64,000 bases of DNA from the NCBI RefSeq assembly GCF_009914755.1, contig NC_060947.1. One strand, 5' to 3'. Below the pieces are notes generated by a model. That model had not been told where the DNA came from and made no database searches. It worked only from the letters and a program-made list of their open reading frames with translations. Shown here piece by piece: positions 29,088 to 43,069 of the stretch (position 1 is its first letter; each line of letters starts with the position of its first letter). The position numbers and the translations under genes are program-made. The stretch comes from the human T2T-CHM13v2.0 reference genome, Homo sapiens.

Positions 29088-29113
29088 GCCTGAAGGGACC
29101 CCGTTTGAGGATG
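29088..29113 (+). CDS. UBE2A: UBE2A exon 3 (26-nt microexon): PEGTPFED(G)
   Basis: ttttctctgtgttgcag acceptor; G|gtaaga donor; GPEGTPFEDG UBC motif. Confidence 0.97.
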
Positions 29114-29874
29114 GTAAGAGAGAGTTTCTTTACCCACTTTTCAGGAGCCTGGTCATCTGGGGAAAGGGTTCCCAGTCATCCTGGAAGTGTCTCCTGCTTA
29201 GGAACCTGCCTCTGCCTAGCCTCTGTCTGCTAAAGGCTTGAGTGGAATGCAGTGTGTGGCTGGTGGTTCTGGATATTGTATGCTTGACTAGAACTGCACC
29301 TTTCTTCTTGCTTTCTTAAAAAAAAAAATCTGTGTAAGGCAGTCACTTTTTAAAAGGAGCAATCATAGCACTGGTATTAAGGATTTTTGAGGCTTGGGCT
29401 GTAATTCTGCTAAATTCAGCCCTCCATCACTGAATTAGTATAAACCCAACCAGTTGCTGATAGGCAGCAGAGACCCCAGAGACCATCTGGTTCAGAATTC
29501 TACCCCAAGGGCAGGAGTTGTGTTCAGCAGGTGCTTGGTAGATGTGTGTTGGATGTTGAGTGGATGCGAGAATCCCTTGCGTACAACTGTCTGGTTTCTA
29601 CAATCTGACATTGAATGCCTGTCAGCCTCACTGCTCTAAGATGGTCTTAAATGCCTCATTTGAGTACAGTATTCTTTCTTATTTTTAAGTGAATTTGCAG
29701 TGTGTGCTTTCATCAAGACGTTATGATGAGTAATTTCAAAGCAGCTTCACAATTGAAGTTAGCCTTAATGTACCCTTTTGATCAGTGTCCTGCCTACCTG
29801 AAAGTACTACATGTACCAGTAGGTACATAATTTTTAATTGATTTAGGTTTAACTTTTAAAAACACGTGTAAATT

Positions 29875-30045
29875 GCTTTTTAAAAACTTTCTGATTTTAG
29901 ATAATTATAGATTCATATGCAGTTGCAAGAAATAATAGAGACACCCTTTATACCCTTAACCCAGTCCTCTACCCAAACCCTCCCATTTGGTAACATCTTG
30001 AATGACTAGACCCTATCACAACCGGAAAAATGACACTGATAGTTC
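29875..30045 (-). mobile_element. L1M 3' fragment
   Basis: ataattatagattcatatgcagttgcaagaaataatagaga...ggtaacatcttg. Confidence 0.65.
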
Positions 30046-30218
30046 TACACTCAGTTGTGTGTGTGTGTGGTTGTTTTTTGAAAGTTTAATACATTTAAAG
30101 GATGATTAAAGTATTTGAACTCATGAAATTCTTTAATATTTGAGGTTTTAAAAAAAAGGAAAAGGATCTTTCTGTTATTTTTTTCCTCAATGATTTCCTT
30201 CGGTCACATAGCATTTAT

Positions 30219-30242
30219 ACACACACACACACACACACACAC
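30219..30242 (+). repeat. (AC)12 microsatellite
   Basis: Direct observation. Confidence 0.95.
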
Positions 30243-30584
30243 TTCAGTTTGAAGGTGGGAACAAAAACATTTCTGCAAACTACTTAATACATACTTATGT
30301 TGCTGAGCCGGATTGCTTTTTGATGCTACCAGTCCACAAAATGTTGTGAGGTAAGTCAATTTCAACTAAGTCTGTAATTCATCTCAAGTACTTAGATTTC
30401 CCCAGGAAACTGTGGACAGTCACCTGAATATTTTTAGCTTCCTCTTTACCTTTACCCCCTGGGTAAATATCATTACTCTTCAGGGCTGCAAAGAAAAGAA
30501 ATGACAGCAGGAAACAGTGATTGTAAGGGCATACTACTTTGGCGCAGTTAATCATTTGAACTGATTTGTAGCAAAAAACTATAG

Positions 30585-30935
<351 letters not shown>

Positions 30936-31257
30936 GAGCACTAGTTCTTTATACCTGAGCTTTAAATGTACAGATTAACTGTGTTTGCTTTAGCTCTAGT
31001 AGGCTTTGTTTTCATTGGCTTCTTTTTTCCTCGTTTTACTCTGTTTTATGCTGGGCACAGCTTTATTAATAGTACATCACTTCGCTGGGGATTGGCTACC
31101 TAAATATTTCAAGGGTGCTTCTCTTAAGTGGTATGAATTGAAAAGGTACTTACAGAGTCCATTATCTACCAGGACTGTCACCTTTGACATTACTGGTTCT
31201 ATTTTTGATGATGTGTATCTCCATCCTAGCATTACTGAAAGGAATTACTCAGGCTGA

Positions 31258-31657
<400 letters not shown>

Positions 31658-33199
31658 TTAACCATTTTTTGAATACCCTTTATTTATAGTTGGGGAATTT
31701 ACAGTTAGAGAAAAGACTGATTAGGGATAAGTGGCATAGTTGATTTTGCTGTTTCCAATGTATTATGTTATTAATTAAGAACCCCAAAACTACTTTTGCT
31801 TCTTTGTTGTAAACCGTTCGTTATGGAAGTTTCTGGAACAACCAGGTCCTAGTTAGAGTGATGAAATCTTAAGACAAGCAACACTTAAGGGTATTTTGGT
31901 TTAACTTCACACACTCGAAGTAAGAGGAATATATTCTCAAGAGCTTACACTACCAAAACATTGGGGAGAAATGCTTCCTCATCAGAATATCTTGGTATAC
32001 ATGCTAAATACAAAGGTTATGGAATATAATCTTCATCACATAATCTAAAAATTGTTAATAGACATGGTAAGGTACTGGTATTTGCTTTTCATAATAGATG
32101 TGTTCTTTAGAATTGGGGTATAAATCGTTTTTATTTTTTTTTAATTTTTGGAAATGTTTCTGAGTCATAAAATCTTTTTCAAAATGAATCTCTAAAGTCC
32201 ACTAAGAGTGTTTTAAATATAAATAAATCCTATGATGAAGAGTTTTGGATATTACTTGAAAAATCGATTTTCAGTCATCAAAAATAATTTTGAAGTTATA
32301 TGTATTTTGCTTTCTTCTCAGGGGTCACAAACTGGTGGCCAAATGGCAGAAAACACCTGCAGGTGTGTTTTCTTTGGCCAACACAGTATTTTCCAAAACT
32401 TGACTTTGTGAGTGTCTTTAGGCAGAACATATACCCCCTCTAGTTCAACCATATCACTCCTTATTGCCATACACCAGTCACTTAACACGTTTATGTAATT
32501 TTGGTGGTCTCCCTGTATAGATGGATTAATTGATACTTTCCTTACGATGTCTTAGCCTCCTCGGGAAGATGAACAAAATTAGTATACATTATGTACAACA
32601 ATGGTGAGGCTTAAATTTTCAGTTATTTTAAAGCCTAGCCTTCTAAATATTCAGAGGGTAAGCTGTAGTCTCAAGACTGCATAATACTAATTCTGGGATT
32701 TTAAATTCCCTTAACATTTGTTTTAGAGCTTAGAAATTACATTGAAGGTTATACTAAACAGGTTCTGATTAGTGTGACTAAAAGTGTGAAGTTTTTACCC
32801 TCTTTTTAATGTGTACCTTGAATAAGATTTGGGTTGTCTTAATTTATATTCAAGTAGACATAAATAGGTTGCTTCACTTCTCAAGATATTAAGTGAACTG
32901 TTTTAAAAGACTTGCGATTAACTTCTTTGGTAGCTAGGTAATCACTTAGTTGAACTTCTGGGCAAGTGTATGCAGAAAGCTCAAGTCAAGGAACTTGTGA
33001 GCCACCAATATAGGTACTCAACTTGCTTTGAACTGTGAGTGTTTGATGTAGACCTAAAAGTACTGTTTAATATCTGAATGCCTTAATTGTATATTTCTTA
33101 CTGATAGTTCTGATTTTTGGGTTTTGCCTCCTTCAGCTGAGTCTAGAGATGTGAAACTTTAGAATTATTATAGCAAAAATAGTTGCTCATGGTTTTGGA

Positions 33200-33420
33200 G
33201 CACTTAACTTTGTGGAACTATGCATATTTCTCTCATTTAAACCTCACAACAATGCTATATGGTGGGTACTATGATTAATCTCATTTTACAAATGAGGAAC
33301 TTAAGGTTTAGTCAAGGAGAACACCTTCCCCAAAGTCTCACAGCTAGTAAGTACCAAAGCAAGGACTTGGGCCCAGACCTGTCTGACTGCAGAGCTCATG
33401 CTCTTAGCAGTGTGTTTTAC
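33200..33420 (-). mobile_element. MIR
   Basis: ctcatttaaacctcacaacaa...cattttacaaatgaggaact...cacagctagtaagt. Confidence 0.8.
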
Positions 33421-35222
33421 TGTTTTTGCTTATGGCTTCCCTATGTCTTGCTTTACTACCTTTAGATACCATATTTAGTGATGGTTTTGAAGTAGCTGGG
33501 ATCTCCATGTGCTATTACATCTGCCCAGTTTTAGAGCAGTGTCTCTTACCCATAATTTAGTCAGATTGCAACATTGATCCAAATGTGTTTACACTTGAGA
33601 TCATAATACATAAGGAAACTCAAAGTTTTGAACTCTAACACATTCCCACTTTTTCTTGCATATTATAGTGTCAATAAATACTGAAAAGGAAGAACTGTGC
33701 TTTCTTCCTCAGAAAGAGGAAGATTTATGACCAGGTGGTGATAAAGGTGAAGTATGTTCTGATGGACATACTTCCATACTTCTAATGGGCATATGTTTGT
33801 CCATTCCATAAGATTTTACTTTCTTAGTTATAATACATAGTATCTTCAGGTCTGGCTTTGAAAAGAAAATAGGGAGTAACAATAATTTGAGGAATATAAT
33901 GTCTCTGTATGTTGCATTTTATATTATTTTGAAGCTTTGAGACACTTGTTCATAGTAAGGGCAGCTTTGTTAGCAAATTGTTTCCAATGAGCTTGCTAAA
34001 AACAAACTTTTTGATACTGTTTTGTCACAGATCTAGTCCTAGAATGATTATAGTCTTCTCTCTTTCTTAAGCAGTGATAAACCTTTTAATGAGAACAAAA
34101 AGGAAATAAATTGCTAACTCTGAAGGAACCAGTAAGAAATACACTGAAGTATGGTCTGTTGTTTTAGAATAATTTGTTAAATGGACCAGAGTAATATAGT
34201 GGAACATGCATCACCTTATACCATATAGTAACTGATTCTTCTAAGTTTACTTGAACAGATTTCAGTCAGGAAAAAACATTGCTCAATTGTGTTCTTCAAT
34301 TTATTCAACAAACAATTGAAAATAATATTTTAAAGGACATAATCTCTTCATATCACATCTTAACAATTCTTGAATGAGATCCAGTTTGTCCATGCCTTGT
34401 AAGTAAGTTTATAACCTACTATGCTTTAGGGCCTCCTGCTACCTTAGGTTGACATATATTTAAGAAAAATAATTTCATTTCAATAGTAGCATAAACATTA
34501 GAAAAATAAATTTGCTGGAAACATGAATGCAATCTAAACCAAATGTGATTTTAAAATTATTTCTGCCATTAATTCCCTCCATATGTGTGAATAATTGAGT
34601 TGATTTTATAGTGAAGTACCTTATGAGCCATACTTAAGGGTTTCTGAGAGGGACTATGAAGTTTTTCCTGGCTTAAATTCAATTAAGTTTTCATTATAGG
34701 GTCACTATGACATGAAAAGGAACCAGTATGAACACTTTTATACTTATTCCCTTCTATTTTAAAAATAACTTGATTATGGATTTGTATTCTGGCATTGGTT
34801 TTTGAACCATTGTGCTTTCATTCTTTCTAGTCTGTCTAAAAATCACTGGAGCGTTTAAGATGGCAGCTGACTAACATAGGCCTTTGAGGTCTTTTGGTCT
34901 TCTAAAGGAAGAAGGCCAAATTTTGGGCCCAGTTTCTTAAGGATGTTTTCAAAATGTACAGTGGCTAAAATCTTGTAAGCAGTAATTTTGTGTTTATGAT
35001 GGCTGTCTCCAAGTTTGGGGGAAAATAATGGCAAAACAAAAAATCACATTTGAGTAGTTCTTAGAGCAATTCCTAGAGATGTATTTCTTACCTGGCCTTT
35101 CCTCTCTACCCTGTATCTTTGCATTATTTAATACTTGGAAAAACCCACATAGCATTAAAAACAAAGTACTACTGAACAAAGTGATAAATACATTTTCTTA
35201 AATCTTTCTTTTCTAACCACAG

Positions 35223-35312
35223 GAACATTTAAACTTACAATAGAATTCACTGAAGAATATCCAAATAAACCACCTACAGTTAGATTTGTCTCTAAGATGT
35301 TCCATCCAAATG
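35223..35312 (+). CDS. UBE2A: UBE2A exon 4: [29 protein letters not shown](V); ends at a GC donor
   Basis: ttttctaaccacag acceptor; 90 nt; HPN motif; G|gcaagt donor. Confidence 0.97.
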
Positions 35313-35644
35313 GCAAGTATCACTTTTAGTACAGTGTTTTAAACTACTATAGTGTTTATTATGGAGTATTCCACATTTCCTGTGTATTTTGTGGTGCCTG
35401 AGTATTTGTTTAGGCAGCTTGCTGCTTCTTGAAAGCTGAACTTGTTCTTGGTTGTCTGTGGCTGTCTTGTCCTAGAACTGAAGCAGTGGAGGTATTTTCC
35501 CTTTGCTTGGAGTCTGGGAGCCTCCTGATTTTGATGACCTTTGTCATTTACTTATTAAACAAAATGAAGGATGCTCTTGAGGTTTCCTTTTAATGCTAGG
35601 CCAGATTGGGATAGTCTTGTGTTGTAATTATTTTCACTAGCGTT

Positions 35645-35810
35645 TAGAAAAGTAGTTTTCATTGGACGCATATCAGAATTACTGTGGAACATTTTAAAAA
35701 CACAGATGCCTTCGCCCCACTCCAAACCTAATGAATAGGATTCTGTTGTTGAAGGCCAGGCATACGGTATTGTCAGAAAAGCACCACAGGTGATTCTAAC
35801 TTAACCACTT
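35645..35810. mobile_element. MER5-like DNA transposon
   Basis: catatcagaattac...aaaaacacagatgcc...caggtgattctaa. Confidence 0.6.
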
Positions 35811-36303
35811 TGCACTTTTTAAAATAGTAGTAAGCCTAGAACAGCTTGCCTTTTATTTAGGTTAATGAAGTATTTTTCAGGGTATCAGATATGTTTATCT
35901 TTATGCCAAAATGAAATCTTGTGAACTCTGAGTGATCTTTTGTTATTTCAGATAGGGGATACAGCCTACAAATTTGGTGGAATGAATTTCCCACATGTCT
36001 GTGGATAGCTAGGGACCCTGTTCAAAAATGTTTCTGATTTCCTGGATAATAGGGCAGCCTTTTCCAAAGGATGAACACTAAATATCTTCCAGTTTTATAC
36101 TGATCACATCTGACATTCTCTGATCATCCTGATTATTTCACTAGTGGTGGTTATGACTTATCTTTTTAGGCAGTTAACTGGGAAGCAACATAGGAATCTT
36201 TAAACTTCAAAAGCAAAGTATTCTTGACTATTTTTGTTTTGTCTATAATGTTAAAACCTTAGTGGTCTTGTTACGTTTAATGTACCTACTTCTTTGTTCT
36301 TAG

Positions 36304-36392
36304 TCTATGCAGATGGTAGTATATGTCTGGACATACTTCAGAACCGTTGGAGTCCAACCTATGATGTGTCTTCCATTCTAACATCCATACAG
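36304..36392 (+). CDS. UBE2A: UBE2A exon 5: [29 protein letters not shown], catalytic Cys88 (TGT 36324-36326)
   Basis: tctttgttcttag acceptor; CAG|gtgaat donor; UBC active-site signature. Confidence 0.98.
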
Positions 36393-36546
36393 GTGAATTT
36401 TTCCTTAATGTGACGAACTATAACTTTTAATATGTTTATATTAGCAATTGAATTGTTTTTGAAAGTCATAATGTAATAGATCTTTTTATTTTTGGTCAAA
36501 GCTTGTTTGTTTTATAGATGAAAAGTAGACCATTAAGACCCAAGTC

Positions 36547-36678
36547 AGCTGGGTACAGTCGCTCACACCTGTAACCTCAGCACTTTGGCAGGCCAAGGTG
36601 GGAGGATTGCTTGAGTTCAGGAGTTTGAGACCAGCCTGGGCAACATAGTGAGACTCTTCTCCCTTAAAAAAAAAAAAA
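36547..36678 (+). mobile_element. FLAM (free left Alu monomer) in UBE2A intron 5
   Basis: Single monomer with poly(A). Confidence 0.85.
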
Positions 36679-36842
36679 GCCGCATATATTTTCCTAGCTA
36701 CTAGCAGATTCACATAACTCTGGGTTTGTATGCTAAAGACAAGAAATGTAGCTGTACTTAGGACAATTCAATTGAGTGTCACTACCTTATAAAATAGTTG
36801 TTTTGCATTAAGGAACTGACATTTTAAAAATTGTCTCTTTAG

Positions 36843-36971
36843 TCTCTGTTGGATGAACCCAATCCCAATAGTCCAGCAAACAGCCAGGCTGCTCAGCTGT
36901 ACCAGGAGAACAAACGGGAATATGAAAAGCGTGTTTCTGCAATAGTAGAACAAAGCTGGCGTGATTGTTGA
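36843..36971 (+). CDS. UBE2A: UBE2A exon 6: [42 protein letters not shown]
   Basis: tgtctctttag acceptor; TGA 36969-36971; exons sum to 459 nt = 152 aa. Confidence 0.98.
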   Translation, partial: SLLDEPNPNSPANSQAAQLYQENKREYEKRVSAIVEQSWRDC

Positions 36972-37060
36972 CCCCGGGTACAGTTTAAAGAAGCTGGCCA
37001 TAAGAAAAATATATATTGATGTGTTTGTCACCTCCCTACTCCTGTCATTACATTTACTTT

Positions 37061-37066
37061 ATTAAA
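37061..37066 (+). terminator. UBE2A proximal polyadenylation signal ATTAAA
   Basis: About 90 nt after the stop, followed by GT-rich ctgttgtgctgttt. Confidence 0.65.
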
Positions 37067-38115
37067 AGCAAAATAACTGTTGTGCTGTTTCCATCTTCCT
37101 TGCCAAGTTTTCCTACCCCTTCTACCCTCTCCTTAAACATCAGAAAACACCCTCTATGAAATCAAATGTACTGTACCTGGGTTACTTGCAAAAATTACTA
37201 ATGCTTCAGTTTTTCTGTTGTATTTCATTTCCAGTTTTCAGGCAGTTATTTTTATTATTGTACTTTAAGCTTTTAAGATGAATTGTTATACAAGAGGTGC
37301 TTATGCTTAGCTTGATGACCAGGATGTTATTTTTAACAAAATGATTGCTGAAGTGTTTCATCCTGGCTGGTCCTTCACTTGTGTTGGATTTAGAAGTGAA
37401 TGTGTTTGGAATATGGCCTACAGAGAATAGAAACAAATCCATGTAAACAATTTTGAAGGAGGCATGGGAGCTAAAAATCCTGTGATACTAAGATCTCAGT
37501 CATATGAATTACAACGTAGTATTTACTGGCAAGAAGGAGAAAGTTGAAGGACTCAGCTAAAGGAGTACAGCAATTGTAGTAACTGACACATCCTCTCTTT
37601 GCAAGCTGCTGACTGGGCACACTCATGCCAAGTTTCAGAATTATTGGTCTTCTGGGTTTTTGCTTTTTAAAAGAGGTGTGGGAGCAGAGGAATGGAAACA
37701 ATCGTGAGTTTTTGAGCTAGGGAAAGTTGGAGCTCCTTTAATCTTTTTAAAGGATCAGTGCTGCCCTAAGTGAATAAACTCAATTGTCCATCTTTATTTT
37801 AGAGTTTTAATGAATTCAAGGAAGGGAGCATAGCATATCTGTGGCAAACTATTTTCCAGTCAAATCCTGAGTTATTGCTGCATGCTTTAATTTCTTCCCT
37901 TTCAGCATCTGAGAACCTTAAAGCCAATGTCTGCGATCTTTTTTTGGATATTTATACTTTTAGATATATAGTACCTTTAAGTAGCAGTATGGGACAAGGC
38001 TTGTAAATGTTTTGTCTAATGTTCTATTGTCACCTTTTATGCATTTATCACTTCCAAATCTAACTTTGCACAAGTAACCCATGTAAAAAAAAATGTACAT
38101 TTTTCAAAAGTTGTA

Positions 38116-38121
38116 AATAAA
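38116..38121 (+). terminator. UBE2A distal polyadenylation signal AATAAA
   Basis: Upstream TGTA motifs and downstream T-run (38153-38171); end of the repeat-free 3'UTR. Confidence 0.8.
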
Positions 38122-38367
38122 AATAACCTTAAAATTTCATAGTCAAGGTATCTTTTTTTTTTTTTTTTTTTAGCTCAGTATAAACTTTTTGTATTGGTTT
38201 CTTATTGGGATCTCATATGTACTCATTTCCCCCCTCAAACATTAAGGTAAAAGCAAAAATACTCATTCTGGGAGGGGAAAAGACAAGACAGATACTTCTG
38301 GAGAGAACTTTTTTTTTCTTTCCAGTCATAAGTGGTAATGCTTTTTAAATATATTAACAGAATATGT

Positions 38368-38684
<317 letters not shown>

Positions 38685-38824
38685 TTATTAAATAAAGTTA
38701 CCTCAGTATACATTATAATCAATCAAGGGAATGAGGTTATGGGGGGCGTGCGGGGGGCAGGGATAAACCAACCTAGGTATTTATCAGCACCCTCAGAGAC
38801 CAAGATCTAACTTGTTGATCCTGA

Positions 38825-39182
<358 letters not shown>

Positions 39183-40828
39183 TAGATGGTATTTTAAATC
39201 CTATGCAAAGTTTGGGAGTACAGATATCCTCAATCACTTTGATTAAACAAAACTACTTTCTTCTGAGGAGCAACCCATCTCATTTGAAAGAGGCAAGGAC
39301 AATGACTTTGTAAAAACTACCACCTCTTGGTACTTGTTTGGTTGGGTGGATGGGGCTAAATGAAGTTAAGTCCTTATGACACATGTATCTCACTCATCTT
39401 TTAAGACATGGTACTTGAAGCCTCAGTATGGAGTACAATCTGTACTAATTACCACATTACTTGGATTGTTTCACCTAGGAGCAATGTCCTTCAATTTGCT
39501 TAATAGTTTCCCTCAAGTCCATTTCTGCTTCAAAGTAGAACCACATTAAATTTTTCTATTTGGTGGATTAGTTTTACATTAACTTTTTCATCCTGCTATG
39601 TGGCTGAGTGCTTTAAATTGACACTGTTAATCATACCTGAAACAATGTAAGGCGAGACTCAGAATGGTCAGGTTTAATAACTTTTTTCTTCTGTACACCT
39701 GAGAAACACTATACCCAATCTCTTTCACAGGATAATCCATTTAAAACCTTACAACAGAGCCAACAAGCTGACCTCCCAAAACAACATATGCATGGTCAAA
39801 GGCACCACAAACCATTCATTTGAACATTTCATGCTAATTGCCTCTTTCTCCCTTTAAAATTTTTAACACCACAGGCTACATGTATTGATAACAAAGTTAA
39901 TGAAAACAAATTTGCAATGTCCCTTTTTCAAATGGCAGTCAGGTTTGAACTTTTCAATTCTGCACGTGCTGATGTGGGGAAGGAGGTATGATGAAGAACC
40001 AAAGCTGCAATTAGAATCCTTTATTTAGGACCCATCTCCAGCTTCAGGGGTTACTCATAGCAAAGAGAATGCATTGTATACTACTAAAAAAGAATCCCAA
40101 CAAAGTGCATGATATTGCCATTCATTTTGCAATCAAAGGGGAGGAAAAAAATCCAAAAAGTAGATCTGTGATACTAAAAGCTAGATATAAAATGGAAAGA
40201 ACAGTTAGTTCCTCAGTATAAAAAACACTTAATCCAAATAAAATTTGAAATTGCTCATGTACCTGTACAGATTGTATAGGAAGGTTACTGGGTTAAGAAT
40301 GACTACATTTCAAAGAAAGGGAAAATACAGTAACCAACTGAAAGGGGACAAAATGGAACAAAATGGAACAACAGCAAGCTTGTCAGCAGCTCATTCATGC
40401 CAACGCCATTCTCAACATTATTTTATCCTCAAGCAAGTTAAGTGATTTTGCTCTAATTCTGTATCAATATCACAGATCCTAAGAAGTTAGGCAATCTGGC
40501 CCCTCAAATCCAGTAACCAAATTTGTATCTACTTGGTGCAATTATTTGGGAGCCTTCCTAACTGTAACTACCTTAATATTCTGTTCTGTTGGACTCACCT
40601 AGACAAACCAGATTATATTTAACAATCCCCTACCTTTCCCTGCCTCAAAATCATTTGGGGGAAGAAAGAAATGTAAAGAGAGTAATCAGTGAAGTTTTCA
40701 TATCCCTTAATCCCAAAGCCACTCTTACTCAGAGAATTGAAAACAGGTTTTTTTCTAACTCACAAATTCAACCATAGCTTCTGAAGGTTGGCATGAACCT
40801 TGTAAATTAAAAACAAAACAAAATTGTA

Positions 40829-41669
<841 letters not shown>

Positions 41670-42076
41670 TTACGATTTCTTGTTGGCCAATTACATGTCA
41701 AGCACGGTGCTAAATGTTGTCAAGCACTGTAAACCACCTAATTGTCCTGAACATCATTTCATTAGAGGTGTCTAGTGATCAATGGTAAATTCACCTGTGC
41801 TGTTATGAGGTTATACTTGATTTATCTGAGATACAAAAATAAAATCACATAAAAGGGGGCAGCCAAAGATTTGGTTGAAGCCAGCATGTTGGTCCATAGG
41901 AAAAAAGTGATAGTTGACTGATTCCTATCTGTTAAATCCGGACATTCATCCACATGTGCTCTGGGTGCTGAACTATTCTGTGCAAACACCACTTCCCTTC
42001 TCCAAAGACCCAGTGTTGCTACAAGGCTGCTGCCCGGAAATGAGCACGCCACCATTCTGATCAACTTTGGCTCCTT

Positions 42077-42082
42077 TTTATT
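42077..42082 (-). terminator. NKRF polyadenylation signal AATAAA (extra candidates at 42613-42618 and 42714-42719)
   Basis: tttatt on the plus strand about 1 kb past the stop, at the end of repeat-free AT-rich UTR. Confidence 0.65.
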
Positions 42083-43069
42083 CAGGAAGCATACACTAAT
42101 TCTTTTTATACATTTTTTTTTTTTACATTCCAGAAATAAGCGAAAATAGCAGTTTTAAATATGTTACAAAGTTGGCTTTTCAGGCTTAATAAGCTTTTTG
42201 AGAGAGGGACCAGCCAACTGACCTTTTCATCAAAGCACCAATGTATCTTCAGTCTTTTACCAAGCTCTACCACAGCTGTGGTTGCCTTGGATGTGCTGCA
42301 CATCCAAACCGTGTGAAAGCTATAATGGAGAGTTGCTGTGAGTCTCTCTGCAAGGCACCAAGAACAAACAGTTCAAGCTTCCTTTCTTCAGATTGAACCA
42401 AAGTTTTTGAAACTTTCAACTGCTCTCTCAAGTAGTGCTCTCTCAGCGTGAAGACTAGAATTTGTTAAAACCCATATATCACAAGATACAGTAAATCACT
42501 TCCAATAGTCTGGAAATCACATGGTAGAAGTTATAAATAAATGAACACTAAAATTACTTTAAGAAAGTTTTACATCATTTAGTTGGTAAGGACATTTACG
42601 TGTACAGCACAATTTATTGTCAAACATTCTATAACTGGCTTCACACAAAGATGAAAATAGATTAATACAAAATGATCTGACATTTTCAGTAAATCTGGAA
42701 TTAAGACTGGATTTTTATTGTAGTCAATATCAACTTTACATATTGTTGCAGATTGCTGTGCTATGCCCTTTAAAATGATAATTTCTCAGGGTAAAATTCC
42801 ATTTGGATATGTGTTCTTGCTTGTCAAACTACTAAAATCTGAGGGACACAGCAATATCAAAGACACAAACAGTAACTGCACAATATCATCTGCTGGATTA
42901 AGCTAATACAAGTGGACAGAATTCTTTAGGTTCCAATATCTAATAAACCACTATGTGAAATGAACAAGGTGAGACATCTTATGAATATACTCTGCAACCG
43001 GAACATGTAGCATTTCTTTAATTCAAAAATCTGCCTCATTAGGCATTTACAAAATAAATTAGTAAGATC

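Noticed and set aside
33098-33352. Strong-looking acceptor (ttttgcctccttcag, 33136) with possible MIR-derived donors
   Set aside because: No convincing donor pairing or coding signal; pseudo-splice sites are common
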